Assembly (NCBI GenBank): GCA_032718475.1
Contig: JAUCBJ010003226.1
Span: forward strand, 1 to 37,318
Direction: 5' to 3'
DNA length: 37,318 nucleotides
From: Nemertoderma westbladi
Lineage: Eukaryota; Animalia; Xenacoelomorpha
Shown here: positions 10,530-23,032 of the stretch, one piece after another
Position numbering within the stretch: the stretch's first letter is position 1
Layout: the number at the start of each line of letters is the position of its first letter
Made by a program: the position numbers and the translations under genes
Notes under the pieces: generated by a model
What the model was told of the DNA's origin: nothing
The model's input: only the letters and a program-made list of their open reading frames with translations
Databases searched by the model: none

Positions 10530-10999
10530 GGGGAGGCGTTTATTCGGGGGGGGGGGGGGGGGGGGGGGTTATTCGGGGAAGGCGTTTAAGTTCCAAATTG
10601 TGTGGTTCTAGTGAGGCGTTTATATGTTTATGTTTTAGATTTTCAGCATTTTGAATCTAAATACCCATAAAGAAGAAGTTGTTAAATTCAAGAAAACAAG
10701 TTAAACAAATGAAATAATTCAAATAACACCAGGATTAACTTTATTACCTATACAGCCTATTACCGCGGTACAACACCCTGAACAGTATATTTACCTTCAA
10801 TCACATGACTTTGGGTCCTATATATTAATGATAATCGTGTGCTAGAGGCATCGCTCACTAATCGTGGCTCGCCCCACGATGTAATATTATTAAACGCCGG
10901 AGCGTTTATTAGGGGAAGGCTTTTAAGTTGCTAATTGTATGGTAAGGGGGGCGTTTATTCGGGGGGGGGGGGGGGGGTCTTATTCGAATAAATACGGTA
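10530..10999. mobile_element. Probable right end of a Tc1/mariner-pogo-like MITE
   Basis: Repeated ggcgtttattcggggg motifs ending in ...cttattcgaataaatacggTA, a terminus typical of TA-target MITEs. No matching left TIR was found. Confidence 0.45.
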
Positions 11000-11077
11000 T
11001 GGAACAACGAGGTTCGTTATTATGAGTTACTACTGTAAACCGATTACATGCATTTACAATTTAATTTCCACTTTCAG

Positions 11078-11925
11078 GAGTTTGGAGGACAATATTCGTA
11101 AATTACATGCGGAGTTACATCGTAAAAAGTTTAGTTACACAACCTTGAGTAACTATGGTAACGAATCAACACAAAAACCTATAGCTGAGGGGTCACAATC
11201 GGCGACTCCCAGGGTTACCACCAATCGAGATAACTCAACACGATCTCGTAGTGACGGCCATGTTAATGAATTACTAGCGAAAACGAACCTTAATGATGAG
11301 TTGAGCGCAGGTAATATTGGAATTATTCCTAATGGCTCCCTGGAAGTTCCTTGTGTAATATCGGAAAATGACCTCTACAACGCAAATAACTGAACCTCAG
11401 ACACAGGAAGCTTCTCAGGTTGGATTTGTTGTCGACGACTTACTAGATAACTCGCAATCTCTGTTAACCAATTCCAGCCATCCCTCCGAGTACAGCCAAT
11501 CACCGGTCGAGGTTTCCAGTGATTTATCCAACCAACCGGCGGCCTGGCCTCCCTCTAACTCCCACCAATGGCATTCCTCCAAGTTATCCAATGATATTCT
11601 TCCCCCGTCGGTCGTTGATTCACTCAGCGTTGTTTCCTTCAACGATAATCCCTGCGAGAATAACATCTCGCATCTCAGTTGGGATTGTTTCCCATTGTCC
11701 CACGAAAATGATTCAAACCACTGCCAAACTGCCTCCCATAGCAACCACTGCCATAGTAACCGCGTTAGCCTATCTTGCAATTCGTCCGGGGTTTCGGATC
11801 TCCCAGACGACTCTATAGTAACGAATTCCAGTTGTTTATCTTTCCAGGACAGCGTGGATAATCTGCAGGACAGTCTGTCCCAACTGGAGAAAAAATTATC
11901 TAAACGGAAACCCGTTGGTAATTAG
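11078..11925 (+). CDS. Terminal exon(s) of the coiled-coil protein gene; the Ser/Asn-rich tail is split by a frameshift or a short intron near 11311-11446
   Basis: Acceptor ttccactttcag| is phase-2 compatible with exon 1540-1672 (AA|G = K, then SLEDNIRKLHAELHRKK). That frame stops at 11393. An overlapping frame 11368-11925 continues with similar composition to ...LQDSLSQLEKKLSKRKPVGN*. Confidence 0.7.
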
Positions 11926-12322
11926 ATCCAATTTGCGTGATTTGTTGTGCGAGTGGCTGTTTAGGTAGATAATGTTTATTTTCTCAAACTACATTATTTT
12001 GTACATTTATATCATATCGTTTTATATTTTGATCGTATTTGTTTTTGTAAAGGTTTTTGTTATCAAATGATCGATATCATAAATAATTTGCGTTTGGTTT
12101 TATCGCCTTACAATAAATGAATGTTATTCCATAAAAAAGTAAGTAGGCCCATCGGAAAAAAAAAACACTTTTTCTCACTATTTCCGATTGACAGAAATTC
12201 AACTGTTCTGTCTGAGTGTTTGGAGTTTTTAACGTGTTAGCAAGTTTTTTAGCACGAGCGAAGAGAGCTATTTATAACTGGTCTCTAATTTAAATAAATA
12301 TTCTTAGCTGAAGAAAGGAAAG

Positions 12323-12360
12323 TACGGAGCCCCTAAGGGGACATGAAAAATAAAAAAATA
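12323..12360 (+). mobile_element. Left terminus of an IS3EU-like DNA transposon
   Basis: tacggagcccctaaggggacatgaaaaataaaaaaata is immediately followed by a tandem array. It has the same TACGG + homopolymer tract + palindromic subterminal repeat layout as 3567-4208. No right TIR was found in the window. Confidence 0.6.
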
Positions 12361-15300
12361 CTAACACGAACTTCGTCTTTCTAACACGAATTTCGTCTCA
12401 CTAACACGAACTTCGTCTCACTAACACGAACTTCGTCTTACTAACACGAACTTTGTCTTACTAACACGAACTTCGTCTTACTAACACGAACTTCGTCCCA
12501 CTAACACGAACTTCGTCCTACTAACACGAACTTCGCCTTATTAATACGAACTTCGTCTTACTAACACGAACTTCACCTTACTAACACGAACTTCGTCTTA
12601 CTAACACGAACTTCGTCTTATCTAACACGAACTTCGTCTTACTAACACGAACTTCGTCTTACTAACACGAACTTCGTCTTACTAACACGAACTTCGTCCC
12701 TACTAACACGAACTTCGTCTTACTAACACGAACTTCGCCTTATTAATACGAACTACGTCTTACTAACACGAACTTCACCTTACTAACACGAACTTCGTCT
12801 TACTAACACGAACTTCGTCATACTAACACGAACTTCGTCTTACTAACACGAACTTCACCTTACTAACACGAACTTCGTCTTACTAACACGAACTTCGTCC
12901 TACTAACACGAACTTCGTCTTACTAACACGAACTTCGCCTTACTAACACGAACTTCGTCTTACTAACACGAACTTCACCTTACTAACACGAACTTCGTCT
13001 TTGCTAACACGAACTTCGTGTTACTAACACGAACTTCGTCTTACTAACACGAACTTCACCCTGCTAACACGAACTTCGTCTTACTAACACGAACTTCGTC
13101 TTACAAACACGAACTTCGTCTTACTAACACGAACTTCGTCTTACAAACACGAACTTCGTCTTACTAACACGAACTTCGTCTTACTAACACGAACTTCGTC
13201 TTACTAACACGAACTTTGTCTTACAAACACGAACTTCATCTTATTAACACGAACTTCGTCTTACTAACACGAACTTCGTCTTACAAACACGAACTTCGTC
13301 TTACTAACACGAACTTCGTCTTACAAACACGAACTTCGTCTTACTAACACGAACTTCGTCTTACTAACACGAACTTCGTATCACTAACACGAACTTCATC
13401 TTACTAACACGAACTTTGTCTTACAAACACGAACTTCATCTTATTAACACGAACTTCGTCTTACTAACACGAACTTCGTCTTACAAACACGAACTTCGTC
13501 TTACTAACACGAACTTCGTCTTACAAACACGAACTTCGTCTTACTAACACGAACTTCGTCTTACTAACACGAACTTCGTATCACTAACACGAACTTCATC
13601 TTACTAACACGAACTTCGTCTTACAAACACGAACTTCGTCTTACTAACACGAACTTCGTCTTACAAACACGAACTTCGTCTTACTAACACGAACTTCGTC
13701 TTACTAACACGAACTTCGTATCACTAACACGAACTTCATCTTACTAACACGAACTTCGTCTTACAAACACGAACTTCGTCTTACTAACACGAACTTCGTC
13801 TTACAAACACGAACTTCGTCTTACAAACACGAACTTCGTCTTACTAACACGAACTTCGTCTTACTAACACGAACTTCGTCTTACTAACACGAACTTCGTC
13901 TTACTAACACGAACTTCATCTTATTAACACGAACTTCGTCTTACTAACACGAACTTCGTCTTACAAACACGAACTTCGTCTTACTAACACGAACTTCGTC
14001 TTACAAACACGAACTTCGTCTTACTAACACGAACTTCGTCTTACTAACACGAACTTCGTATCACTAACACGAACTTCATCTTACTAACACGAACTTCGTC
14101 TTACAAACACGAACTTCGTCTTACTAACACGAACTTCGTCTTACAAACACGAACTTCGTCTTACTAACACGAACTTCGTCTTACTAACACGAACTTCGTA
14201 TCACTAACACGAACTTCATCTTACTAACACGAACTTCGTCTTACAAACACGAACTTCGTCTTACTAACACGAACTTCGTCTTACAAACACGAACTTCGTC
14301 TTACAAACACGAACTTCGTCTTACAAACACGAACTTCGTCTTACTAACACGAACTTCGTCTTACTAACACGAACTTCGTCTTACTAACACGAACTTCGTC
14401 TTACAAACACGAACTTCATCTTACTAACACGAACTTCGTCTTACTAACACGAACTTCGTCTTACAAACACGAACTTCGTCTTACTAACACGAACTTCGTC
14501 TTACAAACACGAACTTCGTCTTACTAACACGAACTTCGTCTTACTAACACGAACTTCGTATCACTAACACGAACTTCATCTTACTAACACGAACTTTGTC
14601 TTACAAACACGAACTTCATCTTATTAACACGAACTTCGTCTTACTAACACGAACTTCGTCTTACAAACACGAACTTCGTCTTACTAACACGAACTTCGTC
14701 TTACAAACACGAACTTCGTCTTACTAATACGAACTTCGTCTTACTAACACGAACTTCGTATCACTAACACGAACTTCATCTTACTAACACGAACTTCGTC
14801 TTACAAACACGAACTTCGTCTTACTAACACGAACTTCGTCTTACAAACACGAACTTCGTCTTACTAACACGAACTTCGTCTTACTAACACGAACTTCGTA
14901 TCACTAACACGAACTTCGTATCACTAACACGAACTTCGTTTTGCTAACACGAACTTCGTGATACTAACACGAACTTCATCTTACTAACACGAACTTCGTC
15001 TTACAAACACGAACTTCGTCTTACTAACACGAACTTCGTCTTACAAACACGAACTTCGTCTTACAAACACGAACTTCGTCTTACAAACACGAACTTCGTC
15101 TTACTAATACGAACTTCGTCTTACTAACACGAACTTCGTATCACTAACACGAACTTCATCTTACTAACACGAACTTCGTCTTACAAACACGAACTTCGTC
15201 TTACTAACACGAACTTCGTCTTACAAACACGAACTTCGTCTTACTAACACGAACTTCGTCTTACTAACACGAACTTCGTATCACTAACACGAACTTCGTA

Positions 15301-15716
15301 TCACTAACACGAACTTCGTTTTGCTAACACGAACTTCGTGATACTAACACGAACTTCATCTTACTAACACGAACTTCGTCTTACAAACACGAACTTCGTC
15401 TTACTAACACGAACTTCGTCTTACAAACACGAACTTCGTCTTACAAACACGAACTTCGTCTTACAAACACGAACTTCGTCTTACTAACACGAACTTCATC
15501 TTACTAACACGAACTTCGTCTTACTAACACGAACTTCGTCTTACAAACACGAACTTCATCTTACTAACACGTACTTTGTCTTACTAACACGAACTTCGTC
15601 TTATGAACACGAACTTCGTCTTACTAACACGAACTTCACCTTACTAACACGAACTTCGTCTTACTAACACGAACTTCGTGTTACTAACACGAACTTCGTG
15701 ATACTAACACGAACTT
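12360..15716. repeat. 20-bp satellite, about 168 copies, with higher-order block duplications
   Basis: Unit ttactaacacgaacttcgtc, containing the palindrome acgaa-c-ttcgt. The variant gta-tca recurs at spacings of 140, 200 and 340 bp. Confidence 0.98.
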
Positions 15717-17628
15717 CTTATTTGGATCATCGAGGGTATAACTTATACACACTTTGCCTTATTGTTAGCAATTAGCAAATAATAATTAAATTTACAAGGT
15801 CTGTTAACAATCCGTTTTTTATGATTGTGATAAAGGAAATAGTCACATGGTCTAGACAGGATGATTTAAAATTTATCAATCAACTGAAAATTAGACTTAA
15901 TACAGTACTTGTAGACCTTTATACCACAATTGCTTTTATTTTGAATTCAAAACAGTAGCATAGTGTTCTTAATTAAAATAGTAATGATGGAAGACTTTCC
16001 CTCACTAATTTAGTGATAAGAGCGGACCATGGTGGGTTGTCTGGAATAAATGTAAACGAATCAGCTAAGGCCGGTAGCAGCACAGAGGGTGGTAGAAGGT
16101 ATATGGAAAAGAGAAAGAAGAGTACTCGGTCCAAGTCTACACGAGGGCGTAAGAAGCCAAGCGGAGGTGGGCGTAAGAAGTCAAGCGGAGGTGGGCGTAA
16201 GAAGCTAGGCGGGGGTGGGCGTAGGCCTAGTAGGAGAGGCGCGGAGGCAGTAAGCGGGGGGTCGGGAAATAAGTTTATCTTTAGGAGCTAAATACAACAT
16301 TACCGGTCTACCAGGCCTACCAGACCATGGACATTACTGTAGCCCGAGTCATCATTTTTCTGAGATTTTGATAACTCTACGTTTCGATACCATGGTTGTA
16401 CGTGTAGGGTATGTTGTCCTCTTTGAAGCACATCATAATATTTTACAATGTTGTGGCAATTGTGACTATTGCAAGGCTTTGATTTTTTAATGTTCTGATT
16501 TTTTAAAACGGTTTTCTGATTCGTAATCTGCAGATGAAGGCGGCTAATGATATCTTTACTCAATTTTAGGCTGCGGATCATAATAAAAAGTTGTATTTGG
16601 GGTCGCTAACCCCCACCCCCCCCCCCCCCCCCCCCCCCAAGTTACAGTGGCAGTGTTTTGTAACCAAAACAATAGCCTCTATCTACAACTATAATGAACT
16701 AAAGTTTAATTGTCTAACAATATTTTGGTAAATTCTTCCATTTTACTACTGCTGAAGTTACCTTTGTTGTTATGGAAATTACTGTACAATTTAATCTAGG
16801 GTACCCCTTTAGGCTGTCTAGCTTGACCCAACTATAGAAATATGTGTATGCACAAATACTTTCCTCCAATATTCGTACTCACTGCGTGCGTAAAGTATTC
16901 ATAAAATAATAAATTCATTAACCTTAACTATTTTTTTCACGTTGCCAGGCAACGATTGATACCGGCAATGAATCAATCTTAACACTAGCAGACAATGCAG
17001 ATACCGGTACTATAAACACTCAAAGTGCAGAAGTGTAATCCTGGACCGTTGTTGAAACACTGTTCGCTGGACCTTAGGCAGTAGGCTTGTTTCGATACCG
17101 CTCCCCTTGTTAGAGAAGATATGATTCTATTTGTGTGTTCTGTGTATTTCAAACTGCGTATGCATTTGATTGCATGCACAAGTTTATGCCTAACATTTAC
17201 GGCCAACTTATAGGCTGTTTTTGAAAAATATTGATCGATCATCCTGATTTTGTTATTTTACCAACCTTTTAATACATTGAATAGGCTACAATATACACAA
17301 TAGGCCTACCGGTAATAGTAGTGAAGTTTCACTCGTCTGTTGCTGCGTTACTGATATATTTTTTATTTATATTTTTGGAAATAATTTGTATTTAACTGTA
17401 GGTCCGTGGATATAGAATACACAAACAATGTCGAACAAAATCGAATACCCGTAAATAGGCCTTGTATAAAGTTAATATAAATGGCAGCAAGTACTAATTT
17501 ATAATAGATATATAAATAATGTTTAATATGATTTTTATTTTAATGGTTTGAGATACTATTGAACCCGCAGGGGGGGCACGGATACATTGCTGTTAGTTAC
17601 CAGTTGCGCGATATTGCTTGCACACATA

Positions 17629-17682
17629 ATGGCGAAAATCCTTGAAAAAGGACAAGTTTACCGGCAAATATTCGATGCTGAA
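17629..17682 (+). CDS. CCDC180: CCDC180 (CFAP76)-like coiled-coil protein, coding exon 1
   Basis: MAKILEKGQVYRQIFDAE|gtaagt. Joined to the next exon it gives G.VYRQIFDAEVQLV, resembling the CCDC180 N-terminus (GKAYQQIFQAEVQLV, as recalled). Confidence 0.85.
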
Positions 17683-18114
17683 GTAAGTTGTTGAATAAAT
17701 ATATTGTATAGACCCGATAACTCACCATCACTCTTAAAATAGCTTGGTCGGTCGTGGAGCCATGTTTCAAAACCCTGCTTGTTGCAGCTGTTGTTGAAAT
17801 TGCTGTTCATTCCCATTGTATACTGTACATCGTACACCTTTACAAATTGCCGCAGAACAATAAATATGGTGTAATTTAGGTACCGGTACAATGTTCAAAG
17901 TTTGAAATAACATATCGACTGGTAACCCAAACATAGTACTCATGTGGTATGTTTCGCCACAACGAAGATGGCTTTCTCATCCGCCAACCTGCTTGGTACA
18001 AATTAGTAAACAAGTATAATATCTGTGTGTATCTCTTTCGGAACGCGTCCGATTTTATTATTTAAAAAAATAACAATAATATTAAATTAGCTTCATAAAA
18101 CTATTTTTTTTCAG

Positions 18115-18296
18115 GTTCAACTGGTTGAGGCTTTAAAGAATATAAAGAAATCTGACGGGAAGGAACAAGCGTTAGCGGTTACCCGTATTCCCATACCCCG
18201 GGAAAAAACCTTCCACGGAATATTAAATGAAAAACAAACAAAATGGGCCAAAAGTCTCCCCAATGACAATAAAACTGAGAACCCTATTTATAAAAG
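18115..18296 (+). CDS. CCDC180: CCDC180-like exon 2 (phase 0-2)
   Basis: tttttcag|VQLVEALKN...KQTKWAKSLPNDNKTENPIYK|gtgagt; W..SLPND...ENP is characteristic of the family. Confidence 0.88.
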
Positions 18297-18387
18297 GTGA
18301 GTCCAGTAGGGTTATTGGGACAAGTGGTTCAAGTTGTACTGTAAGTATCAATAATCTGGAGTCTTATAAAATAACTCATTAATTTAG

Positions 18388-18580
18388 TTTAAGGAAGCAA
18401 AAAACTGCGTTGAAGTCCCGAACTGAAGGATCTGCCGCGGATGAGGTGGAAGGCTTAGAGAACCTTCCCAGTAAGGGTCCTACCGGAAGTGACGTCATTG
18501 AGAGAATATCAGGAAGTCGCAAAGAGAGACATGATGCAGCTCTGGAGGATATGGATCTGGAACTTGTTGCCATTAGTAAC
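18388..18580 (+). CDS. CCDC180: CCDC180-like exon 3 (phase 2-0)
   Basis: aatttag|(S)LRKQKTALKSRTEGSAADEVEGLENL...HDAALEDMDLELVAISN|gtaagt. Confidence 0.87.
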
Positions 18581-18834
18581 GTAAGTTTGGCTTGTGGTAC
18601 TATTTAGTTATTTGCATTATAACACAATAATAAGATCTGCGCAATGAGCAATGTGCGTAGAGCAATATTGATAATTTACTACAGAGCAAGTGTTGAGATA
18701 ATTAAATATAAAGCAATATGGTGTGCTTTATTGTTGCGATAATTAAAATTGTTGTAAAAATATTATGTTAATAACCAATTAATTACCAAATGAAATAAAA
18801 AAATAACTAATTTTCAACCAAATAATCAAATAGT

Positions 18835-20493
18835 CTATTGAGTTTTAAGTTTCTCTTTCTTTCTAAGTAGAACGGGCAAGTAATGATCGGAGAGAAATCT
18901 CATCAGGTTTGTTTCTGTCAACCAAATAACAGCCAGTAGCACTAACCCAATGACCCCGCCTACAAGGAGGTTAAGTAGGTCGTAGAGTAGACCAGACTGG
19001 TAAGCGAACCACGTCGTAGTTATTCGAGTCGCGATAAAACAACCAAGGAACGCAAACCATACGGGACGACTTGGTATAGATTCTAGAACTGGGCGGGTTT
19101 TCCACGGAGTAAAGTAGCTCCGTATGTAAAAACAACTGTAAATAATTCGTAACAACATATTTATACAATTCGCGAATATAAATCCAACGCTGCCGAAAAA
19201 CCGAGTCAAAACTAAAGAGGAAAACAGGAATGTAGTTGAGAATCCCAGCATATTGAGATTGTATCGGTCAACTTTCTGTTGACTCATTGACCCAAAGGTG
19301 AAGGCCTCAGTGGTACCATTTACAGCAATGATTAACACGTATAAGGTGTAGACCCTCATTAGGTAGACTCCACCCCCCTCGATCAATAAATCCCCCCCGT
19401 ATAAACGCAACAGAACCGGCGAGTAAGAAAACCCAAAGACCACGGCCCCCAATCCGATGATAGTGGCGAATCGGAGCGTTGTAGCGAGGACCCTAGCCGA
19501 AGACGCCACCGACGCAGATGGTTGCTCGCTACTCGGTTTATCTCTAGTTAAAACGTGGGCGAAATAAATGTAGCTGGAATCCTCCAGGTTCTGGAATACG
19601 ACACGGGGGACCACGGAAGCGAGGTTGGTAACCACGTCGTAGACCCCCTGATCCGCAAAGCTTAGCACCCCGAACACCGACATGATGTAGCGCTCACCCT
19701 GGCCGAGGAACTGCTTGAGTACCGACTGTTTAGCGAAGGTTCGAGTCAGTCTGAGCAGGTCGGGGTCAGTCCAAGTCGGACCTCGCCCGGGGAGAAAGTC
19801 GAGTGCTGATTGGACGGGGAAGTTGGGGTCCTGAGATACGTGTATTTGGTGGAGCGAGAAGGACAGGTAGCCGAGAATCGCGGTTACAGAGGCGACTATA
19901 TGGACTACGGACCAAATAATAGCGCCCAAATGCGGGGCAAACACGAGAAGTAGTACAGTGGTGACAGAGGAGGTGATATGGAGTGCGGCTTGCACAACTA
20001 CAATGACGCCGAGATATAGGTTGGCTCGCAAGGGAATCTCCATGGGCAGAGTGCAGACACTGAGTACGGGGGACATACACATAATAGCTACGGCCGGTCT
20101 GTAGTGAGGCACAGTGGCTGGGTCGGGTTGTTCTAGAACATAGCACCAAAGATAACCCATTACAGTCGATATAGACACAGCTACAGGGACCGCGCACCAC
20201 GTTAGATTGATTAGGTGTCTAGGGTTGCCTCGGTAACCAATGCAAGCTCGTCTACAGGGCTCTCTGACTATAAAGAGGACGGTGAGTTTAATGAGTAGGA
20301 GTCTAACGTTGCCGACCCCTAGCATATCGTTGGTTACATAGCGAAGGCTGAAAGCGTTGAGGAAGAATGAGAGACAGCTGATAAACAGCTGGAGCGCAAT
20401 ATTACTTGATGCTGATTGGGCCACCAGTTTAATGTCGCCATCTTTTCCACCTCGTGGGTTTTCCGTTTTCGTTTCATCTTCAGGATTTGACAT
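18835..20493 (-). CDS. RFT1: RFT1 (Man5GlcNAc2-PP-dolichol translocation protein, MOP superfamily); intronless CDS nested antisense in CCDC180 intron 3
   Basis: Multi-pass hydrophobic ORF with RFT1 motifs LGVGNVRLLL...REPCRRAC, KQSVLKQFLGQGERYIM, DQGVYDVVTNLASVVPRVVFQNLEDS and AVNGTTEAF, plus a C-terminal KKEKLKTQ (ER retrieval-like). First ATG at 20493 (MSNPEDETK). Confidence 0.93.
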   Translation of the reverse strand: MSNPEDETKTENPRGGKDGDIKLVAQSASSNIALQLFISCLSFFLNAFSLRYVTNDMLGVGNVRLLLIKLTVLFIVREPCRRACIGYRGNPRHLINLTWCAVPVAVSISTVMGYLWCYVLEQPDPATVPHYRPAVAIMCMSPVLSVCTLPMEIPLRANLYLGVIVVVQAALHITSSVTTVLLLVFAPHLGAIIWSVVHIVASVTAILGYLSFSLHQIHVSQDPNFPVQSALDFLPGRGPTWTDPDLLRLTRTFAKQSVLKQFLGQGERYIMSVFGVLSFADQGVYDVVTNLASVVPRVVFQNLEDSSYIYFAHVLTRDKPSSEQPSASVASSARVLATTLRFATIIGLGAVVFGFSYSPVLLRLYGGDLLIEGGGVYLMRVYTLYVLIIAVNGTTEAFTFGSMSQQKVDRYNLNMLGFSTTFLFSSLVLTRFFGSVGFIFANCINMLLRIIYSCFYIRSYFTPWKTRPVLESIPSRPVWFAFLGCFIATRITTTWFAYQSGLLYDLLNLLVGGVIGLVLLAVIWLTETNLMRFLSDHYLPVLLRKKEKLKTQ

Positions 20494-22773
20494 GTTAACT
20501 AATAACACAGACTTGATCTGAATCTTTATACAGTAAGTATCTAATGCATATTTGGTGTTAGTGTAATAGGAATAGCAATAGATCTAGCTAGTACTAAATA
20601 TTAGAATGTATTCCAGGTCCAGCCACCTACATACAATAGCTGGAATGTTGACGGATAAGGACTGGCTTTTTTTTAGAGTGTGACCAATATATTATTTTTG
20701 TCAATAAATAATAAACATATTTTCTATATTATTCATATGCCGTTTTGTCACTATTTCATTTAGAGTATTAAAGATACACTGAATAAATGTATATCCCTTT
20801 ATATATAGGCCCAATTCAAATTTTGAATGTAGAAATTATTTGGACGAGTTTGCAAACTCATGAAAGCAAAAGTTTCTTTAAAACCTCTAAACAATGGTGA
20901 AATAAGGTAAAACTTTGCAAGCAGCCATTTATCAACCAAGAGAAACGAGAAAGAGAAACTATTTAGGTACCGATAGTCCCTATGAATTTTAAAAGCTGCA
21001 TAGTTTATGGGAATCCCTGATAGGCAGATAGGCCTTTGTACAGATGTAATAACCGAACCATCCAGCCGTCTTAGCAAAGTAATAGTTCATACCCACCCAG
21101 CTGCCCAGTAATATACATACAGCAGTTAAGGTGTATGACGGGATTGACGGCGTATGGCTAGTGTCTCGGCCTCGGGCTTAGGGAGGGATCAAGGTTCGAG
21201 GTTGTCTGAACTCCATCCCGATATTGATTATCTGCCCATGGATGCTGTACCGGTCAGCCGGTAGGGGCGAGGCGACCTGTCACGGAACTTCGGAACCGTG
21301 CTGTGTGCTGTGTCCGGTTTGCCGGTAGCGGTACGCCCCGTGGTGGTGAGCAAAACCATTCCAATCCAGGGGATAACAGTAGCCTAGCTGTACCGGTCAG
21401 CCGGTACCGGTTCCGGTTACACGATGTCGGACCGGTATAATTGGCAGATTGGCTGCCTGTGCCTGGGCCTGCGAGCTGGCAGGCTGGGCCGGGGAATAAC
21501 AGAATAATGCGAATTTAATTATACCGGTAGGCCTACCCCTGCACCCGCACTGCACCGGCGGATCAATACAGCAATATGCAATAATAATCAGAATCAGACA
21601 GTATAATCAGACAGTACAGTCAGACAGTACCGGTAGTAGCGAGAAGCCTAGCCTACTGTCTGACTGTAGGCCAAGCCAAACTTTTAAATTATATTTATCG
21701 TTTAGTTAGTGATAAACGAATTACCGGTAACGTAATGAATCTGTTATTCAAAAATGTCCTACCCGGTATATCCGTACAGCAGTACCGTTGAGTAGTATTC
21801 CTATTCAGTATCCTGGTATCCCCAGCCAGCCAGTCTCAGGTGACAGGTATCTACAATTCAATTCAACAACTGCCAACTCAACGCCCAGACAGGCTGACAA
21901 TAGTAGACTTCTTCAAATTTCCCTCCAAATTGTTTACAAGTACAGTAGGCCTACCCGACTGACCCATTATACCGTCGCCCTACCTAAATTCCGTGATCTG
22001 CTTGATTTTCCTTAATAATAATAACTACCACAACATTACTGACTAGTAATTGCAGTACGGAAACATTAGGAAACTTCCTTCCTGATTTATGTCTGCAATT
22101 TTTCGAGATGTAAATCATTTTGCCAGTAATCTAACACAATAGTGGAGTAATTTACTAGGTTATTATCTACAAGAATCTGTCCAGTGATTTTTAACTTAAA
22201 TCTTAATTCGTGAGTACCGGCACCGGCACAATAGCTGAATTTATAGTATAACTTCTACAGTATTCTATGTGTTCTTATTGCTTCTCCAGCACCTTAAAAA
22301 TATTATAATAAATCTTTCTTAAATCTTAAATATTTCCAGCTTATTCGACTTCTGAAAACGCAAACATGTTACTACAGTAGCTGGCGGTGCTGGCGCACCG
22401 CGAAAGAAGCTCTCTAGCTTCAGCGCGACTGTCCAATTGTCCACGTCCCCGTCTCGTTCAAGTTACACTCAAAATATTTTCTGAACAATATTATACAAAA
22501 TACAGTTTCAGACGGTGCTACTATTACAATTATGATTACTTGTAATATAAATCATTCATATCCAAAGATTGATTTTAATTTTAATGTGATTTTATATCAT
22601 TCGATTGATTTTAATTATACATAGCCTATTATAAAATATTTTATATCATTGAGTTTTATATATATATTCATTATTATATTATATATATATATATATTCAT
22701 ATATTCTCAATACTAAATAATAATTACATTCCTAACAAAGTGACATTCCTATTCCTACTGTATGTGTCCTATA

Positions 22774-23032
22774 GAATGGGAGAATCTTTTAGGCTCGTTA
22801 AGCCAAGGAATGCCTGTTCACCAGCATGGGTGATCTTCCACGGTAAACCCTTCCACTCTGTTTCCCAAGTTGCCTTGGTTTCCATTTATCGACCACTGAA
22901 GGATGAAAGCCGGGGTTGGGCTAGGCTGCAGCATTTAAAGCACTGTGCCCAAACAGTGCTGCCCCATCTAGGGATCGAACCCGGGCTCCCTAATCGGAAG
23001 CACAGTAATGTCACCACTAGACCAAGCTGCTG
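22774..23032 (-). mobile_element. tRNA-derived SINE with 12-bp target-site duplication
   Basis: The minus strand starts cagcagcttggtctagtgg (A box) ... gggttcgatccc (B box). It is flanked by atgtgtcctata at 22762-22773 and 23033-23044, and part of the body recurs at 1111-1147. Confidence 0.8.

Noticed and set aside
16013-16291. Lys/Arg/Gly-rich histone- or protamine-like ORF
   Set aside because: It is short, driven by three 24-bp repeats, has no recognisable domain and is open on both strands. It may be a transposon interior relic.
17942-18020. Alternative first exon for CCDC180
   Set aside because: It gives short frames with stops. The 17629-17682 exon has a consensus donor and the family motif.
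21135-21215. tRNA gene or second SINE head (tggctagtg ... ggttcgag)
   Set aside because: The A and B boxes are weak, and no cloverleaf or TSD could be established.
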